Positions 12,301 to 26,000 of a DNA stretch of 64,000 nucleotides are shown in pieces. The first letter of the stretch is position 1. Each line of letters begins with the position of its first letter. Under the pieces are notes generated by a model, which saw only the letters and a list, made by a program, of their open reading frames with translations, was not told where the DNA came from and ran no database searches. The stretch is taken from contig CBFFRP010000068.1 of assembly GCA_965644295.1 (NCBI GenBank), forward strand, positions 114,534-178,533. Reading direction: 5' to 3'. The position numbers were made by a program, and so were the translations under genes. The DNA comes from Paraphysomonas bandaiensis. Lineage: Eukaryota > Protista > Chrysophyceae.

Positions 12301-13402
12301 CAAGAGTTGGTCAGGATGTATATCTTAACAATGAAACACTGCTATAATGGCAACGAGATGGGGGAATAGTCCTCTCATTATCACCTTAAAGATCGCTTTC
12401 ATGTATGTATTATAACAGGATATGTCGTAACAGTTGAATGTATTTATGATTCATAAGAATTTATTGTTAGCGTATCGTTGAGTCATAGCACAGACTTCAT
12501 CACAGATTTGTGTCATATCTATTGAAGCTAGTTATGAATGGTATGATCTAGATAATTGAAGAGTCCGGAGCACGTATGATACGTATGTATTATTATCGAG
12601 ATCAACTTCTTCACGTTCATTGTGTGTCCGTAGGCCAAAGTACTGTATGAATTGGGTATATAGTGCAGAGAAATAGCACTACGATTACTCTCCAGTAGCT
12701 AACTGGATTTATGCTCATAGCTTGTTACCTGTATTTGTCGGGGGGCTTTTTCTCTGAGCATGGATGTCATAACATAATCTACTATTTTAAATTCCTTAAA
12801 AGCCTAATGATAATATATCTTTAAAGTATGATTTCAGCCGCGTCTAATTTGTTCAACTTTTTTTGTCTCCGTATTAGGTTCATCGTAATACAAGTAAACA
12901 GAAGGGAAGTCCAAAATTTACCTTCATAAGTCGCTCAAAGCGCTTACATACTGAAGCCCCTACTCAATAAATGGTGAAGCAAATAGAGAGGTTCTGGTGT
13001 CTTCTCTACTACACAGATCCTGGAAGCCAATAGCACTTTGGGATTTGACTTCCTGCCTTATCGATTACCTAAACGGCTTCCAGGTCCTGCTATTACATAG
13101 TAGAAGGTCTGAGAAATATCCCGACTTGCTGGACTACTTCACTTTGTAAAATACATCAAAAATATGAAAAAAGTGTACGTTCACGTACAACTCATATGTA
13201 AAATATGATTATAGTTAGTATTAGTGAAAATAAAATTCCACAGAATACAGATGCCTCCTATCTGATGCCAAGTACCATCAGGAAGTCAAATTAATAAAAT
13301 ATATTGCTAACACATAAGCACGTACACAAAAAATGACACCAGATAATGCACACTCGCTGCACTTAATAATAAATTGAAAATAGAGCTCCCACAAGATTTA
13401 TA

Positions 13403-14095
13403 TCAGACCTTCGGTATTTCGATGCGTATCTTTAGAGAACCCGTGGATTCTAGATTCTGATCTGACTGTTTGAGAGACTGACGCTTGTTCTTTCCAGGCG
13501 ATAAAATTTTAGGAGTCTCGTTATCGTCTTTACTAATAGCGTTGAAGGCACTTGACGGAAGGTGGGGAAGTAATACGGACACACTGTGGGAGGTAGATGG
13601 CCGTTTCTGATTACTGTTTTCCTCGCTATCGAGTCGATCAATGGCTGTAGGTGACATAGGCAAGACAGGGAGAGGTGGGGCAGGAGGCGGCAATACGCCT
13701 GGAGAGCGAATACAGGGCACTGCAGCTGATGTTCGGGCTAAAAATGAGCCCACGCCACCAAGATTACGGTCGCTACTATCAGACACATCTAACTTCCAAG
13801 CCCCATTCCTTTCCGATTGACATGCTAAAGTGTTGACAGTCAACTTTGGTCTCATAGGACCCTTTCGTGAAGTGCAGTCTTTGCGACGAAATGCGCTGCA
13901 TTCAGTAGTCTTAAGTTTTTTGGAATAACTGGTTACCATTGAATGTGCTACAGCGCGATCATCTTGGACATTTATTTCGAATAATGATCTATCTACTCTT
14001 GTAAATTGACGTGTAGATTCTCCAAAAGGAACAAGTTTAATAGGTAAGAGCGGGGAAACTTTTGAGGATTCATTATAAGATGCAGATGCACTCAT
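13403..14095 (-). CDS. Hypothetical Ser/Pro-rich, probably disordered protein (230 aa)
   Basis: Single ORF with coding-like composition, divergent from Ric-8; no recognised domain. Confidence 0.6.
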   Translation of the reverse strand: MSASASYNESSKVSPLLPIKLVPFGESTRQFTRVDRSLFEINVQDDRAVAHSMVTSYSKKLKTTECSAFRRKDCTSRKGPMRPKLTVNTLACQSERNGAWKLDVSDSSDRNLGGVGSFLARTSAAVPCIRSPGVLPPPAPPLPVLPMSPTAIDRLDSEENSNQKRPSTSHSVSVLLPHLPSSAFNAISKDDNETPKILSPGKNKRQSLKQSDQNLESTGSLKIRIEIPKV

Positions 14096-14675
14096 TGAGA
14101 TGAAGTACACACGTCACAGGTGCTATCTTGTTTCTTATTAAACTATTGGCACATAGAACTTATCATTTAAACAACTATATATCAATTATTTATACATCTA
14201 CATCAGGGCAAGAGGCCATATATTAGTAGGGCAGGCCATGTGGATGAGTGCATATATATATGTATATATTCAGGGAGAATTTCGTCACTAAGTGAAAGAA
14301 TTTTAACCAATCATTGATGTTGTATTTAATTTTCTGTCATATGTTTGGTTGAGAAGACCTGTGACATTTTTGCCTGTCCACTATACAAGAGCAGACGTCC
14401 TTATGTGATTAAGTACAGGTGTAGTGATACTTATATGTACAAGTACAGGTGCAGAGGTACATTTAGAGGTACATACGATATATATACGGTGTAGATGTAC
14501 TAGGATGTAATGTACAAGTACAGGTGTAAAGGTACATATATATCCCAGTATCCCAGTACATCTTGCAGTAACTCCACACTATCGTGTCTATTGATACATA
14601 CATACATATGCATATATCAAACCACAGCTCACTTCTATACATACATACACACATATATATATATATACCCACATA

Positions 14676-16446
14676 ATGTCACACAATGAACACATTAGTT
14701 CTATTAAGAACTTGAAATCATTCAAATCTAAATACAATGATGCCTTTGACCTCCAGAAGGTGGACAGAGACCATGTTCTCCCTCATCTGAGCTCTTTATT
14801 TCATATATATATCTCTATTATCTCCAATCAAGAAGAGGACAACGAAAAAAAAGAGGACAATGCAGAAGGTAAATCATAAAATTATGGGATTGATAGTAAT
14901 GTAACTACTGTATAGTGCTGTGTCTTGTATTGGACTGTTATCGCATATGTCTCAGAGATAAGACTATATTTGGCGATATCGCCAACGAGGAGCTCATTGA
15001 CGGACTGATGTATCTGACGACTTTCAAGTGTTCCATCTCGTCTGATTCGCGAAATGTATCCTGTTCTGCAGTAAGATGTCTCACCAATGCACTTCACAAC
15101 AATTCTCGTGCTGTTCGAGATTTCTTGAATCTTAACGGCTTGACTTGGCTTACCAATGCTATTAGCAATGGCGCCCAAGTTGTATGCTTATTCTATATGG
15201 TACGATTGTTTTATATGTTGATATCTTACAGGTGCGAAATCAGATTGCGATATCTGACAGTAATGCTGTAACTGTGTCATTGCAATGTAGTGAATCAGTA
15301 GTTATGGCGTTATCCAATGGAGCTATTGCATCTGTTGGGATCCCTGGAAAGTATTCTGGATGCCCTCCTGAGTCCGTTCCGATGGAGATACTATATGAGA
15401 GTTTTGTATCAGCGGCATGTTTCAGTTACCGAGCCACCCCAAAATTTCCTGGTTGCGGTGCTGTCCCTGATATTCCACTGCCCACTCCCCGTGCAGACCT
15501 AGTTGTGGAGGTGTTCAAAGTTGTCTATTTTTTCAAAGCAAAAGGAATAGTCGAGTCGAATTCAAGCGTTTGTGCTGGAGGGCCTGTAGAAATTGACACT
15601 TCTACTCCGATTCTGCCCTTTCACATTACTGATCACCTGTTGCATGGGCTGCTGGTGGAAATTCTTCTCCAATGGAACAATTTCCCAGCAGACAAAGGCC
15701 TGCACGAGTGTCAGTTACATGCGCTTCAAGTGCTCTCAGTTTGTCCTCCAGGCCCGGAGGCGTTCTCTTCCATTCTTGAAGGTATATACGGGAAGCGCTT
15801 AGCTGGGCCTCCAGCTATCCCTTCGAATCCATCCCAACAACCTGACTTTTCAAATGAGAGCACCCGAGTTGGGCTCAGTATTCTCTTACCCTTCATTCGC
15901 TCCCTACTGAGGCTATTAGAGCTTCAGCTATTCGCCGTGGAATCTGTCCGTGGTACGAGAGGGGAAGGTGACAGTACTGCTGCTCTGCTGATCCCAGTGT
16001 TGGTATGTAGTCGTATTACATCGGTGTCACTCTCCCTGATATCTCCCCTCTGCTTTCACAGGGTGTGCTCACTTCTCTCGCAAACAAGAGTGATGCTGCC
16101 AGATATATTATTTTCCGATTAATTGTCAGCTCGTCATCAGCTGTAGAGACCTCGTCAGGCGATGAGCAGCTTTCTGGTAAGCAGAATCCGGGCAAATCTC
16201 TCGGCCCGAAATGCCAACCAGTGGAATTTTCTTTATATAGCAAACTCATCTCTATAATGACATCATTGGAACCGTACAGTAAGAGATATACCTCTGAGTT
16301 GTTCTTTGCCATGTGCAACAATGATGGTAAGTTTGTTGCCGGTGTAATTAGTGACGTGTAATTGGTCTATCGCAGCCAATTTGTTTGTCGAAGTTACTGG
16401 TTTCGGGAATGCTGTTGCATTACTACAAATAAAAGGGCTTATATGA
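14676..16446 (+). CDS. RIC8: Ric-8/synembryn G-alpha chaperone and GEF (about 5 exons)
   Basis: ARM-like N-terminus (CYRICLRDK..AVRCLTNALHNN). C-terminal KLISIMTSLEPYSKRYTSELFFAMCNND-ANLFVEVTGFGNAVALLQIKGLI* matches the Ric-8 signature KLVRLMT..AAEFLFVLC..TGYGNAAGLL. Confidence 0.8.
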
Positions 16447-17696
16447 GTCCCCTTTAAAGGAATTATTCGGCCTGTGCATATGTTGTAGATTATGTGTTGA
16501 TGCATTACGTGTCACATTGTGCTTATTTTACATTAAGCTTCGGTATAATATGATATGTACTGGTCGACTTCGTAGAAAGTGATAGTGCAGTTGAAAAGCG
16601 TATAGTAAAATCATATAATAGTTTCAAGTTTCTTTATGATGAGAACAAAAGAAGGATGTTGCTCATCCGTCAAAGTTTTGTACTGTGCCGATTAGTAGTT
16701 TGTAATCACCAGTTTGTATTTTGTATATCTATACTCTCTATTTATTTTACATATATACTTATCAATATTGTACTTCTCTAGATCTTACTTATACCAATTA
16801 ACTTTCTATCTATATGCCTATATCTACTTTAGATTCTCTCTATACCTTGCTATCTATATAATCACTCCAACTATATCTGTTAACTATATTTTTATATCTA
16901 TATACTATATAATACTAATCTCTTCTTGGTGGGAAAAGAAAGGTAGTGCCATGCAGTTCATGGGGCTCACTACATGTATCTTACTACCAATGATCTATAT
17001 ATAGCAAGCTAGTTGTAGCATTTGCTCACAAGTTGGAGGAAGTCACCTGAGACTCTGAGTAACGGTCGTTATCAAAAGAACTTATTCGCTACCATCCTCG
17101 TATAATAGCACCACAGTGTGAGTAAGGTCCTCGGACAATATATAAAAGGTAGGAGATGGCCCCCATGATGTGCAAACCCTATCTAGACAATTATTTTACT
17201 ACTACATTAACCAATCATGACATTATGCTATCCTGCATAGTCTAATATATCTAACTGAAAATATGGCATATTAGAGTGGGATATATGATATACGATATAC
17301 CAGGGCCTGGTAACCATTAATGGCCCATTGATTCTAGTCCATTTCCCGGCAATTATAATGACATTACTATATTTTAACATATATGCAGTTTGTGATAGCA
17401 GGCTACGGGCTACGACTAATTGAACATGTAATTAAGTACAGACGTTTGCACTATACTCGTATAAAATGTATAGGTATGTGTAAAACTTCACAGCAAATAA
17501 TTAGCATTTCATTCACAGTTAATATTATCACGCTATCACGAACCAATATAAAACTGCACATGAATGTTTTATTCGTCAGCTAAGCTTTTCAATAGTCTAA
17601 TTAAAATTAATGACAATAACTACTACAGGTGATTAACCGAAGTGCAACAGACGGACGAAGTACATATATAAAAGGGTTAACATGTCTACTACAAGA

Positions 17697-20600
17697 CTAA
17701 TAGTTAGCAGTATGAAAATATTCATCAATGCGCGATCTGAATGCCGCAGGACCCATTGTCGCCACAGGACTCCTTGTTGCTCCAAGTATGCGTGCCCCTT
17801 TCTTTTTGTGACTACAAATATAGAAACAAGTAAGCTAATAACAGCAGAACAAGTATCCAACTATACCCTGGAGAGTTGTGATTCATATCAGGTGGTGCAC
17901 TGAGGCGATCCCGGATACCCGCTGCAGCCCCTCCTTGTCTAAATTGTCCACTGAAGGACGATATCAATGAATCCAACACGTCCGCCTCTCCAGCATGTTG
18001 TTGTAGATGGTCCGCGATTCTCTCCTATAGAAATGACGTGAGGAAGGTAAATACAATCGACACGGTGATAAGGTAAATACCTTTCCAATCAGTTGAATGA
18101 CAAGCTTGAGAGCTTTATCTTTATCTTTCTTCGCTTTTACAAGCTGTAAATATGCATATGTAACGACACAGCAAACTCATTGCATTATTATAAAAACAGA
18201 ACCTGTTTTTCAAGGTCCTTTTCCCTCTCACTTCTGCGCATAGCAGCTTCAACAGTGCCAATGTTGTTGGAACTAGTAGCTGCAGGTGTGTTACCACCTG
18301 TCTCTGCTTGAGTGAGGCGGTTTTGTAGTTCCTTACAGAAAAACATGACACATATAGATGATGTCCGAAATCATACCTTGACAGATAACTTTAGAGCATT
18401 CTTCTCGTGTTTCATCTTAATTAGATCCGAATGGGCCTGGCACGACGACATAAGTGGGAGGTTCACAAGATATATGATACGTACTTTTTCCAGTTGGTTT
18501 TCGAGTTCCGCTTCTCGTGCAAGCGCACCCACCCCCTTCTCGTGTTGCGCCTAAAAACACAAACAAAAAATCAAAGCAGACATAGGCAAATTGCTACGCC
18601 CAACCAGCTTCGTTTCAGCTCTCTGCAGCTTCAGTCTGAGCTCCTCTAGTTCTATCTCCATGTCAGTGATCTTATTGCCCGTCGACACTTTCTCGGGGGG
18701 TTTGGTGTCGATCTTAGGGGAAGGTGGTCCCGCATCTTCGTTCGATTCATTGGGGGTAGGCTCCGATGTCTCGGGCGGAGGAGCAGGGGGCATATTAGAT
18801 TCTACCGTAGCGTCAGTGGCTGGAGATTCACTGCGACTTCCAACCGTATCCTCCTGAAATCCAAGTCGCTTAGGAGGGGGCTTAGATGTGGGAGGTGCCT
18901 TGGTGACCTAAAAATCATACTATTCTATTACATGTGTTGTCGAAACACAAAGCGCGTACCGCTGGCTTTAGGGAGGTATTTCTAGTTGGGGGTGGCTGAG
19001 CGACAGCCGGTGGTGGAGGAAGAGCTCCGGGTTCGTCATCCGCATCCGACCACCCACTATCTGAGTCATCTCCTCCGGCATTCTTTTTCACACGACTAGG
19101 AGATCCAGCTTCTTGAGCTTTTTGGAGCATGCTTGTATTGAACCCACCAGAGGACTGTCGAGACTGCATAGATGGAGCAGCAGGGGGGGGTGCCTTAGCT
19201 TCCTCTTTCTTCTCCGCCATCTGTTACGCAAATGGTCAAAATTACACAGTAAACAAAGCTAAGAAACACCTTCGCCTTCTGTGCCTTGATAGCATCCATC
19301 ATGCTACCTCCACTCGCCTTTGGTGGAGGGGGCGCGGAGTCAGCCGAGGATTTTTGGACTGATTTCAGTTTGGTTGCACCGCCACTTATGGCAGCCATTA
19401 ATCCTCCTCTCCCATTGTCAGCAGGCGGGGTAGGAGTTGAGTCACTGGTAGAGTCATCTGACACCTTCTTCAACTGCTTAATCGAAGCACCTTGAATGGA
19501 ACTTAGCAAGCCAGACATTGCTGGGCGAGGAGGCGGTACGCCTGGTCCAGGGGGCCCTGACGGACCGTCACCACTTACAGGAGGGCCTGGTACAACAAAA
19601 CGTCACTCCGAAATGTAAACAAAAAAACAGTATACCAGGTGGCGGAGGGCTGGGACCAGCACCTGGAGGTGGTCCACGTCCTGAAAATAATAAGATACGA
19701 GAATGCCTAAACTGCACCACGCACCTGGCGGGGGTCCTCTACCGGGTGGGCCAGGAGGACCTCTTCCGGGGGCTCCAGGCGGACCGCTACCAGGTGGACC
19801 AGGAGGACCTCGACCTGGTGGCGGCCCACTCCCGGGTGGACCAGGAGGACCTCTTCCGGGAGCTCCAGGCGGACCGCTACCAGGTGGACCAGGAGGACCT
19901 CGACCTGGTGGCGGCCCACTCCCGGGTGGACCAGGAGGAGGACCTCTTCCGGGGGCTCCAGGCGGACCGCTACCAGGAGGACCAGGAGGACCTCGACCTG
20001 ATGGCGGCCCACTCCCGGGTGGACCTGGAGGACCTCTTCCGGGAGCTCCAGGCGGACCGCTACCAGGTGGACCAGGGGGACCTCGACCTGGTGGTGGGCC
20101 TCTCCCAGGTGGACCTCTTCCGGGAGCTCCAGGCGGACCGCTACCAGGTGGACCAGGGGGACCTCTTCCGGGGGCTCCAGGCGGGCCACCTCCAGGGGGT
20201 CCCCTTGGAGGTGGGGAGGCTCCTGGTGCCCCGGGTGGGCCTCTTGGAGGTGGGGAGGCTCCTGGTGCTCCGGGTGGGCCTCTTGGAGGTGGGGAGGCTC
20301 CTGGTGCTCCGGGTGGGCCTCTTGGAGGTGGAGATGCACCCGGTGGTCCAGGTGGACCTCTTGGAGGTGGAGATGCACCCGGTGGTCCAGGTGGACCTCT
20401 ACCTGGTGGACCACCAGGGGGAGGACCTCTTGGAGGTGGAGATGCACCGGGTGGTCCAGGTGGACCTCTACCTGGTGGACCACCAGGGGGAGGACCTCTT
20501 GGTGGAGGAGATGCACCAGGTGGTCCAGGTGGTGGTGGACTAGTTAATGAACCAGGTGGTCCTCTTCCTATAATAGATCATAACACTTATAATCTATATA

Positions 20601-20896
20601 TTCATAGATGTAAACAGTTACCAGGTGGTGGACCTCTTGGTGGACCTGATGGAGGTGGTGATGAACCAGGAGGACCTGTTCGTGGAGGTGGACCACGGCC
20701 AGGTGGTCCAGGTGGTGGACCATGTGATGGTAATCCACGTGGTGGTGGACCTATATCAATATATAGATATATATGATGATATATATATGATAGACTTATA
20801 TATGTATATACCTGGTGGAGGACCTGAATTATTAACAGGTTTTTTCATACATTAAATATGAATGATATAATATATAGAAATATACGTACCAGACAT
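17697..20896 (-). CDS. Pro/Gly-repeat, multi-WH2 (verprolin/WASP-like) actin regulator with a C-terminal coiled coil; many exons
   Basis: Begins ATGTCTG|gt, then a 12-nt exon, then long PPGAPGRGPPGPPGSG repeats. WH2-like motifs: GLLSSIQGASIKQLKKV, GGLMAAISGGATKLKSV, GSMMDAIKAQK. Coiled-coil exons follow; ends RSRIDEYFHTANY* at 17697. Confidence 0.75.
19725..20750 (-). repeat. Coding tandem repeats (about 90-nt and 39-nt units) encoding Pro-Gly peptides
   Basis: Units PPGAPGRGPPGPPGSGPPPGRGPPGPPGSG and PPPRGPPGAPGAS each repeat several times. Confidence 0.9.
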
Positions 20897-21002
20897 ATGA
20901 TATAAGTACTATATATATATATATATATGAAGTGTAATAGAAAATTCACTTCACACTTTTTATATAGTTGAAATTACTGTATAATTCACTGATGTTTTTT
21001 TT

Positions 21003-21076
21003 AACTTCACTTTACTTCAATTCACTTCACTTTACTTCAATTTACTTCACTTTACTTCAATTCACTTCACTTTACT
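21003..21076. repeat. 20-nt tandem repeat TTCACTTCACTTTACTTCAA, nearly 4 copies, upstream of the WH2 gene
   Basis: Directly visible about 110 bp upstream of the ATG at 20896. Confidence 0.85.
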
Positions 21077-23005
21077 ATACTTATATAAGGAAATTATTAT
21101 ACAAGTATATGATTGGGAGATATATCAACTGAAGTCTTCTTTTACAGTACTTCTATACGATACTTTCTATAATTAACAGAATCTCATATCTACACACACT
21201 TCAGACTTTGCTTCGAAAAATGGCGAGTGTATTCCTATCATCATATTACTGTATACTCTGTATACTACTGTATACCCATAGAGCAGTGTAGTATACGTAT
21301 ATTTTAGTAGGAATCTCAACCCAACTTACTTAACGGTGTATTCTAGCAGCTATATACAGAATTGTAGTGTGTATTATTTCATCCAATCATATTGCTTGAA
21401 TTGCAATGAGTTGCATCAGCATTGACAGTTACAGTTAGATCCATTAAGATGATAACAATGCATGATAATCCTTATAATGGATATGGATATATGGAGAAAA
21501 AGACTAAACTGTTATGATGAGATTAGGAATATATCGAAAAGGCATTTCAAGTTGCAAAAATGCTACTGAGTGAGGTGTATGGCTGTCATATGTGCTGTGG
21601 GGAAAGGAGGAGATGGATTCCAGGATAAGCCCTATGAAACAGTAAAGTTGGAGTGTTTTCTATCGTGATGTGGTGAGGATTATCGAAAATAGTGCTGACA
21701 AGGTCAGATTTGGCAGAAATTGCGGCTCATATCGAGTAAAATATAAGCGTAGAGTCAGAAGGGTTCTCAAATTTAGCTGATAGATTTGATATTTTCGGTA
21801 AATTAAGGGCCATTGATGACAGTACATTGATTCTAATTACTTTATATATAGTACGTGTTGGCTAATACCTGAGTAATTAGAAAGTCTTGAATATAGGATA
21901 ACTGAGCTGACAACTTTTCCACGTAGATGGCGCTTCTGATAATTCAAGTGAATACTATGTCTCATAGACCTGTGATTATGTTATTTATATTTGATTACAT
22001 GTTATTAGAAATAAGAAATCAAGTTTTATGCTATTTGTACCTAACGAGAAATGTTTGTGTATCGAAGGAATCCCCATGGTGCAACCGTTCCTGCTTAACG
22101 TACACTTAATATCAGATGTTCTTGTGTGTTATTGCTTGTAGGTGTCTATTTACTTTTTTTTTTTATTTGTTAAGATGACACTTTTATCATAATTTCTATA
22201 GAACAAAAGTAAATATTTTCTATTTTACATTTCTAATGTACCATCGGACATTTAAAGCACTGACAACAATGACAAGAAAAAATAATAAATTAACATAAAT
22301 GTTTCAATGTTTTATTTTAAGCATAAAACGGAAATGAATTTAAAAGTGTAATTCACAAGTATTTAGCCATTGAAGATAACTTGTGTGTGGGCGGTTTATG
22401 ATCTTCCCTACTCTAACTAAGACTAACGTATTAGCATGAGTGCGATGTTTGCTATGGTTTTGTTTTCATTTTCAGTATTGCTAAAATACACTAGTAGTGG
22501 GTTGAATAATCAACCTGCAGTGTCGTGGCGATGAAATTTCAGTATTATTTAATGGTAAGGAAATAGCCATAAGTGTTTAGTAATTTGCTGATAAAGTTAC
22601 TATAATTAACTTTATATTCTGGAATAAATATTACAAATTCACAGTGATTGTATATAACACTCTTGCATACAGTTTACTGTTTACTGTCACACTGCAGCTT
22701 ATTTATAGCTTTAACAAATTGAAAATATATGGCGTATCTGTCACTAACACCTCGTGTCACTGTCACTTGTTGAAAAAAGGCAATATAAATGGTTTTACTA
22801 CCACTTTGGAATATGTAAGGCAATAAACCTCAGGGGGCAACATCACAGCAAAGTTCAGGCGAAGACACCTGCTGGCCACGTTCAAAACATCAATATTTAT
22901 TACTGGAAACAATGCATGATTTTAGTGGCAATTTCTCATGGTGAAACTGAAAAAAGAAACGTATACCACAAGAGCTTCGGCTACTATTCACAGCCCATGT
23001 AGGCA

Positions 23006-26000
23006 TCACTCTAGCTTAATATAGGCTGAAGGAATCCATCCTGACTCACCGGTAGCAAGCTTTTTCGCCATCCACCAGTCTGAATCCGTCTTGTCCATAA
23101 TGTTGAGCTTTTCGCCCACGAATATGGGCATCATACCTTCTTCCGTCTCAGCGGGGTTATACTCGAACTCGACCACATACTGAGGTTCCTTAGGTGGTCT
23201 TTGCGCAGGTCTTGGAGGCGGTGGTGGGGGAGGAGGAGGGGAGGCTGTACTAGGATTGGGAGGAGTAGTCGAGCGAACCTTCAACACATCGTTCTCAAGG
23301 AACTTTTCGTCAACCTCTTTGGTGCGGAACTGAGATAATATCATTGGAAGCTCTTCCAAAGTGGGCGGAGTAGTACGCAACTTGTCATAGGTACTACAGT
23401 GAAGAAATACTCTGTATCTATGCCTGTCGCCTTTCGGTGCCTGCGTAAAGTATGAATCACTGAAACTTGGATGAGAACAATATGTAATACCTGATTGCGA
23501 ATGAACATCGCAACAAAATTTTCGACGGTCTCAGGTGGCGCAAAACAAGTTAACATGATTGCCATCATCTCCCAGCCTTTAGCTTCGGACGCCGGATTGG
23601 GATTCTCATTGAGCTGCTTCATCACCTGTATGTACAACTCGGCCCTAACTGCCAGTGATCCTTCCATTCCCGCCCGCGTGTATTCAACAGCTAGGGTGTC
23701 TGGGTCTGCGCATGTAATATTATGACACTTTCCAACAATACAAAAAGGTGCAGGAGAGCCGCTACTTACAATTATATTTGCGGTCGCCCATATATCCCAT
23801 GAGATTCTTGAATGCTTTCAGTACTTGCTTCTGCTCAGCTGGAGATTCCATTGCTGTCAGTGGTTGGTGAATAGGAGTTGAGGTGTGGGACAGCATCCCC
23901 ATCGCTAGCTTAGACTTGTTTAATGTTAGCCCGAGAAATTTAGTCGACGCCCAATCCTGTGGGTTGCGGACAGCAGAACACCCTGGACCAAACTCAAATA
24001 GTTGTCCATACATGTCTAGGAACAGATCTTTGAGACGAATCTCACGGTTGATAACGCGATCTGTGTCTCCGATTTCGTTGGCTCTCTTCAGCTGCTTGCG
24101 GACGAATTTGTCCTCTGGTAAGGCAAGTAGTGCATCGATCTCTTCCACGTCAGGGGATGTGTAGGCGTATTTGGCAGCTTCCTTCGATACAAGTATCATC
24201 TGCTGCTTATCCAAGAGATCCAAAACTTCACGAGCCCACGTGTCAATCTTGGCACTCGCGGCATTCCGAAGCTTCTCTCTGACTTTATTCTCCACAACGA
24301 CATCCTCTGGTGTACCTGGCATATCACTTATTGCGTCGGACCGCTGAACTGCAGACACAAAAGCATCAAAATGTTCCAAGCAGTCCAATCTAGCAAGACG
24401 CTTAAATTCGATCGCCAACTTAACTCTTTCTTCGAGTTTAAACCTCCTATCCCTTGCCTTTACGAGTAGGTGAGGTTCATAATTGAACAGAACTCTAAAT
24501 GGAGCAATGACAGTCTGACTCTTCTCTATGGCTTCATCAAACAGGTCCGCGTCATTGCCATCATCCAAAGCTTCTTGACATAAGTCTCGCACCTTGCGTA
24601 GTGCCCGACGAAACTGAAGACCGATGAACTGCCGAGTTTTCCTTTGTGCATAGGGAATAACTCGGTCGAGACAGAGATTACGGAGCAGCTCTAGGATTCT
24701 GTGTTCTTCAGCGCGATAGAGAATCATAGTGTTTCCTACAGCTACCCGAGAGAAATCTTGAGGTACACATCGCAAAATGGCCTCACAAGCAGTGAGCATG
24801 TCGCGGCCAATAACGGAAACGCGTCCGGTGCGTTGCTTGAGCAGTGGTCGATAGCGAGAGGCGAAACGAGCATGCGGTAATCGGAAAGGATACCTGTGGG
24901 AAACGTCACATTAAAAGTGTCAGTTATGAATGACCACAAAACTACAATTACGAACCCCGTTTTTCTGATTTGCACAGCTTCAAATACTCCAGCGTATGTC
25001 AACTGCTCTAAGCACATGGTCGAGTTGAAGTCCCTCGGTTTCTTTGTTTGGTTAGGCTTAATACACCTAATGTAGTGGGGTTGAGTAGTTTCGCAGACAG
25101 TCATCAGGTTGTTCAGCTGCTTGCGGAATGCACCCCCGAGTGTGTCTATGCGTCTAGGATTCTTGTCCTTCACTGGAAACAACTGTTGAAAGTTAGGGTG
25201 GGAAGCACTGGACATGAGGTCGTATAGGTCACGGAAGAGACTATCTCTGTTTTTGTCGCAAAACCCGGTGGAGTCGTATTTGACGGCACCCGCGTAATGC
25301 TGAACAATAAACGCCGAACGGCCGATCTGACTCAGTTTGGACTGCTCTGATATCCAGTTTGGATGACTTGCGTGGTTAGTATTACACTTCTCCAACCACT
25401 TAGTGTCATCTCCTTTCGGAAGTCTAACTTCTTCATCCAGTAAGTGCAGCAGTCCATACGGTTTTTTCTCCATGAGGTCAAGCACAGGCTGATTATCGAT
25501 AAACATTACTGGCTCGTATGGAACTTCTTCGGAGAGATATGTCTGCTCCTCTTCCTTAAAAGTGTGAGCGTTGAAGTGCTGCTGTAATTTCTCGTTAGTA
25601 AAATTGATACACAGCTGCTCGAAGCCGTTGTTCTCGAATATCTCAAAACCGAATATATCTAGCACACCGATGAAGTTTCCCTTAGCCCCTTTTACGGATG
25701 CGTTGATCCTCATCACCAGCCAGTTGAATAGCTGGTTATATATGGCTTTGGCTAGAGCATCTGCAGCCTCTTGAGCCTCCCTGGGCTTATGTAGTATATG
25801 GTTCAATTCGCCACGAACTTCTATCGTTCTCGAGCAGAGTGCCCCAGCCAATCTGTCCTCCTGGACCTGTAACAGTACCATGCATCAGCAGTGATCACAA
25901 TCAGCATTGCCACAATGTTACCTTCAGGAAGCGGGCTGAAGTGGCAAGCGCAGTGCTTGAATCTGCGGCTTTGTTCACAACGCTTCCCTCGCCGTTTGGT

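Noticed and set aside
11696-12328. Long MYVC / YIHT ORFs on both strands
   Set aside because: These are translations of the stop-free (CATA)n microsatellite. The same applies to the N-terminal extension of ORF 11022-12281.
17014-17190. Possible solo LTR (TG..CA with a TATATAAAAGG box)
   Set aside because: No target-site duplication and no second copy in the window.
19725-20750. Collagen-like or CRISPR-like array
   Set aside because: Gly is not strictly every third residue and there are no unique spacers; it is a coding tandem repeat.
19518-20776. 341-aa and 357-aa plus-strand ORFs and a 269-aa alternative-frame minus-strand ORF
   Set aside because: These are shadows of the Pro/Gly repeats. 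Splice sites and the WH2 continuation support a different minus-strand frame.
21450-21780. Coding-like patches here and at 2950-3250, 12900-13140, 31700-32150 and 41434-41800
   Set aside because: Multiple stops and no recognisable motif; they may be decayed genes but cannot be supported without a search.
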